Of a DNA stretch of 64,000 bases, positions 60,881 to 64,000 are shown one piece after another. How positions within the stretch are numbered: position 1 is the first letter of the stretch; every line of letters starts with the position of its first letter. The translations under genes and the position numbers were made by a program. Under the pieces are notes generated by a model, which worked only from the letters and a program-made list of their open reading frames with translations, did no database searches and had not been told where the DNA came from. This DNA is from Chrysemys picta bellii (Eukaryota): contig NC_088806.1 of NCBI RefSeq assembly GCF_011386835.1, positions 16,492,001 through 16,556,000 on the forward strand, written 5' to 3'.

Positions 60881-62534
60881 AACTACCAACAGCACCAATG
60901 TGGATCTCCACCTCATGGAATTGTGGGGCCTGTGTCCATGCTATAGGGATCCCAAGCCCTTCTCTCATCCCCCATCTCAGGCTTCAAGATGCCTCCACAA
61001 TCCAAGACCACCACTTAGGACCTCACTGCCTTTATCGTGCTAATTTGACGCATCCAAAATTATCCTCAGTGTGAAAACTCTTGCCATACATGGCACTAAC
61101 AGGCTCCCTGCCAGACTGACTCAGCCACAATAAAGGCCCTCACAGCTGGGAGCTCATATACCTCTGCCTTACTAAGCAGAGATCCCATTTACCTGCATTC
61201 ACACCCACGTCCCCGCCTCACTGATTATCCTATTTCACCATTCCCTCAGGCAACAGAGAGTAATTTGGGTCAGTGGAGAGAGCACAGGCTAGGAACTCTG
61301 GAGTTCCAATTCTACTAGCTGTATCCTAGGGCAGGTCCCCTCACCGTTGCATGTCTTGTTTATGCTAGGAGATTTGCACTAGTTTACCCAAATCAATTTA
61401 AAATCTATTTAAAACTAATGCAACCTTTAAAATCAGTACATTTAAACCAGTGAAACTCTCACTTAAATCACTTTAATTTGCATCAGTAATTACTGAGGTA
61501 AGCTAAAAAGATGCAAGTGAAACTGATTTAAGTGCATCTACATTAGGGGTTTGCACCAGCTTACCTACACCAATTTAGGTCTTGAATCGATTTATCTGAT
61601 AAGGAATTAACTTCAGTTTGGTTGGTAAAAGCACTCAAACTGAAATAAGAGTGCCTATGCAAGGGAGACTGACATTCAAGCAATCTCCACGTAGCCAAAG
61701 CCAGCAGCTGGTGCAACATTTCAGCGGTCTCTGAAATATTGCTGGTGTACTGAGCGTGTATCCGTTCGCCTACGATATTGTGCTGCTGAACTGTGAACTT
61801 TGCTTCGTTTGGATTTCTCTACTTTTTTCCCCGGGTCTATAAACCCCATTCTTGCTAAATTGAAATCTCAGCAGTTCTGATTTGTTTTGGGGGTCCCCCC
61901 TTGCATATGCCAGGCAGCCTTTTGATGTCTCCAAAGCATTCTAATGCCAAAAAACCCTACAACACTCTTGGCCAGATACAGTCTATTCATTTAAACCACA
62001 GTCGCCGTTTGACCTCTGTTTTGGGAGGCTACATCAGATGGCCAGGGGGCCTGTATCAGGAATATGTAAGCCTTTTCTTTCAAGTTTAGGGCTAAAGCTA
62101 GGAATGAAGAGGTCACAAAACAAAACGTGTCGCTAAACCACTGCTTGAAAACTGGCAGTGTCATACCTGACTTCGGTCATTATGGGAGTGAGCTTTGAAC
62201 TGCTCCTTTACTGCCAGGCCTGCTGGAGCAGCAAGCCTGATTGATTAAAGGACTCGGAGGCATAGCAGGAAACTGAATGCTGAGCCAAAACTGGAACCCC
62301 CTCCCCACCCAATTTGGAAGCCATGAAAAGACTCCCTAACCTTTTTACTGAAATAGACCCAGAAAGGGGGCACTCCTGGATGCTGGGAGGGAGAAGAGCT
62401 GGAAGGTGGTGTGGAATGACACACTGGCTTTATCTGGATCCTTTGCTTTGTTAATAAGGTGGGATCCCTAGAAGGGGCAAACTCTTCTGAAATGGAATTC
62501 TGTCCGGAACACCCCAGAGCAGCCATTTGCTTTC

Positions 62535-64000
62535 TTTCAAATTGAGATTATACTTTATTTTGTAAAAATTTACAAAAGTTTATACAGATTGTGTTTATCT
62601 TCACATCATTGTACATTTGACTGTGATTGGTCAGAAGCAAGTGGTCCTTGTTAATACAAATAAACTATGTACCATTAAAAGAAATAACTGCCCAACGAAG
62701 TCTGAATTTTAGGTACCAAGAAAGGGGTAAGAGAAAGGGGCATTTCTTATTTCCATGAGGCCCTGCTACCCTCCAACAAATTCCCAATATAAGCTGTTGT
62801 ATAGAATAGGTTTGACTTTACCTTCCAATGTAGGAAAAACTACAGAACAGTGAACAAAGGGAAAAGATAGTTAAAAACAAGATAAACGGTACATAAAATG
62901 TTAATACAGTATCTATTCTGCTGCAGACCTCTTAGCCTGCAATGTGTAAAACTACAGGTGAACACCACACTAGAACTAGTGCTTTGGGCCCAACCACTTT
63001 ACTTAATAAAAGGAAAGGCCAAAAAGGTATAATAAATTTAACAAAATTACATGACTAAGACCCACATTGTCTCTAAGCCTCTGCACCCCATGTCATCAAA
63101 TTTTAAATGAAAGGGTAACAGACAAGTTATTGCTCAAATAGATTTAAAATCAGAAGATACAACAATGCAGTAAGGGGGCTGAAACAATTGGGCTGAAACA
63201 ATTTTTTATTAGTTATAGGCTCTTACCCTCCCGCTCCCACAAAAAAACCGTAAGTCTGCGTCAGTCAGTGGCTGCAATAGCCTTGGGGCAGGAGGCATAC
63301 TCTCTGTAAGTCAGTGGAACAGTCAGACTGGCTCCCACAGAAGCACAAAATATCCCAATGAGAGGGTTTGCTGACTGAGCAGAAGAAAAAAACCTCATGC
63401 CAGTAGCTAGCAATAGGAAGGCATGCCACCAGTTAACTTACTACAGTCAGGAACACTTCAATGATCACTATCCCAAATTCATCCAGGAGGCCCTGGAAAT
63501 GTATTTACCAAGCCTATCCTCTGAGGAAATGTCCTGGTGTCAAGACAGATCCCTAAACAAATGGGTTTCCATCGCAAGTGACTCTCAGATACTGGCACCC
63601 ACAACCATTTCTTGATGCAGAATAAAAATAAAAATTGTATCAGTGTAGGAGCATCCAATTCACTACACCTCCCAATGGCAGCTGGATCACGTGGCAGGAA
63701 GCCATACTTTCTGGGTGCTGACAATATCATTCAGTTTCCCCTTAATCTTCAGGAAGTGCCTCTTGAACTCCAACCCATCACCCTAGGTAATAAAAACAAA
63801 ACTATTTTGGGGACTGCATGCATGTGCAAATAGACAGACAAGAAAGGAATGGGAACGCTGTAACACCTGCCTATCTGAGGGACACTGGGACCTACTCTAG
63901 AGATTTTATTTTTTCCTTTACAAGTTTTATGTTAATTGTTCATAATTAGTTCTCAAGAAATGTTGCCGCCTCCTCTATTGTTATATGCATGGTATTGCTT
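62535..64000 (-). other. Probable 3' UTR end of an unidentified minus-strand gene lying beyond the window
   Basis: AT-rich and nearly repeat-free, with AATAAA on the minus strand at 62554-62559 in a UTR-like context. No recognisable coding exon. Confidence 0.45.

Overview
Vertebrate genomic DNA, almost certainly from a turtle: it carries tRNA-headed tortoise PolIII/SINEs with CR1 tails, CR1 LINEs, Penelope-like elements, hAT and Harbinger MITEs and Gypsy-type solo LTRs. The main feature, invisible as whole ORFs in the six-frame track, is a cluster of four intact three-exon genes at 38.5-60.9 kb: A (+), B (+), C (-) and D (+). Each encodes a secreted 10-cysteine LU-domain (Ly6/uPAR, three-finger fold) protein of 95-108 aa with no GPI signal. 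Their MNK-starting signal peptides and cysteine spacing match the mammalian PATE/ACRV1 family as I recall it. All four share 52-nt and 120-nt first and second coding exons, phase-1 introns and a conserved promoter module. Direct and inverted duplications link them, and the A/B mature-peptide exons are more diverged than the adjacent 5' non-coding DNA. The first 35 kb is mostly repeats plus a few unassigned exon-like segments, including a possible decayed Ig V-type exon. The last ~1.5 kb looks like the 3' UTR of an unidentified minus-strand neighbour. All alignments and counts were done by eye and no database search was run.
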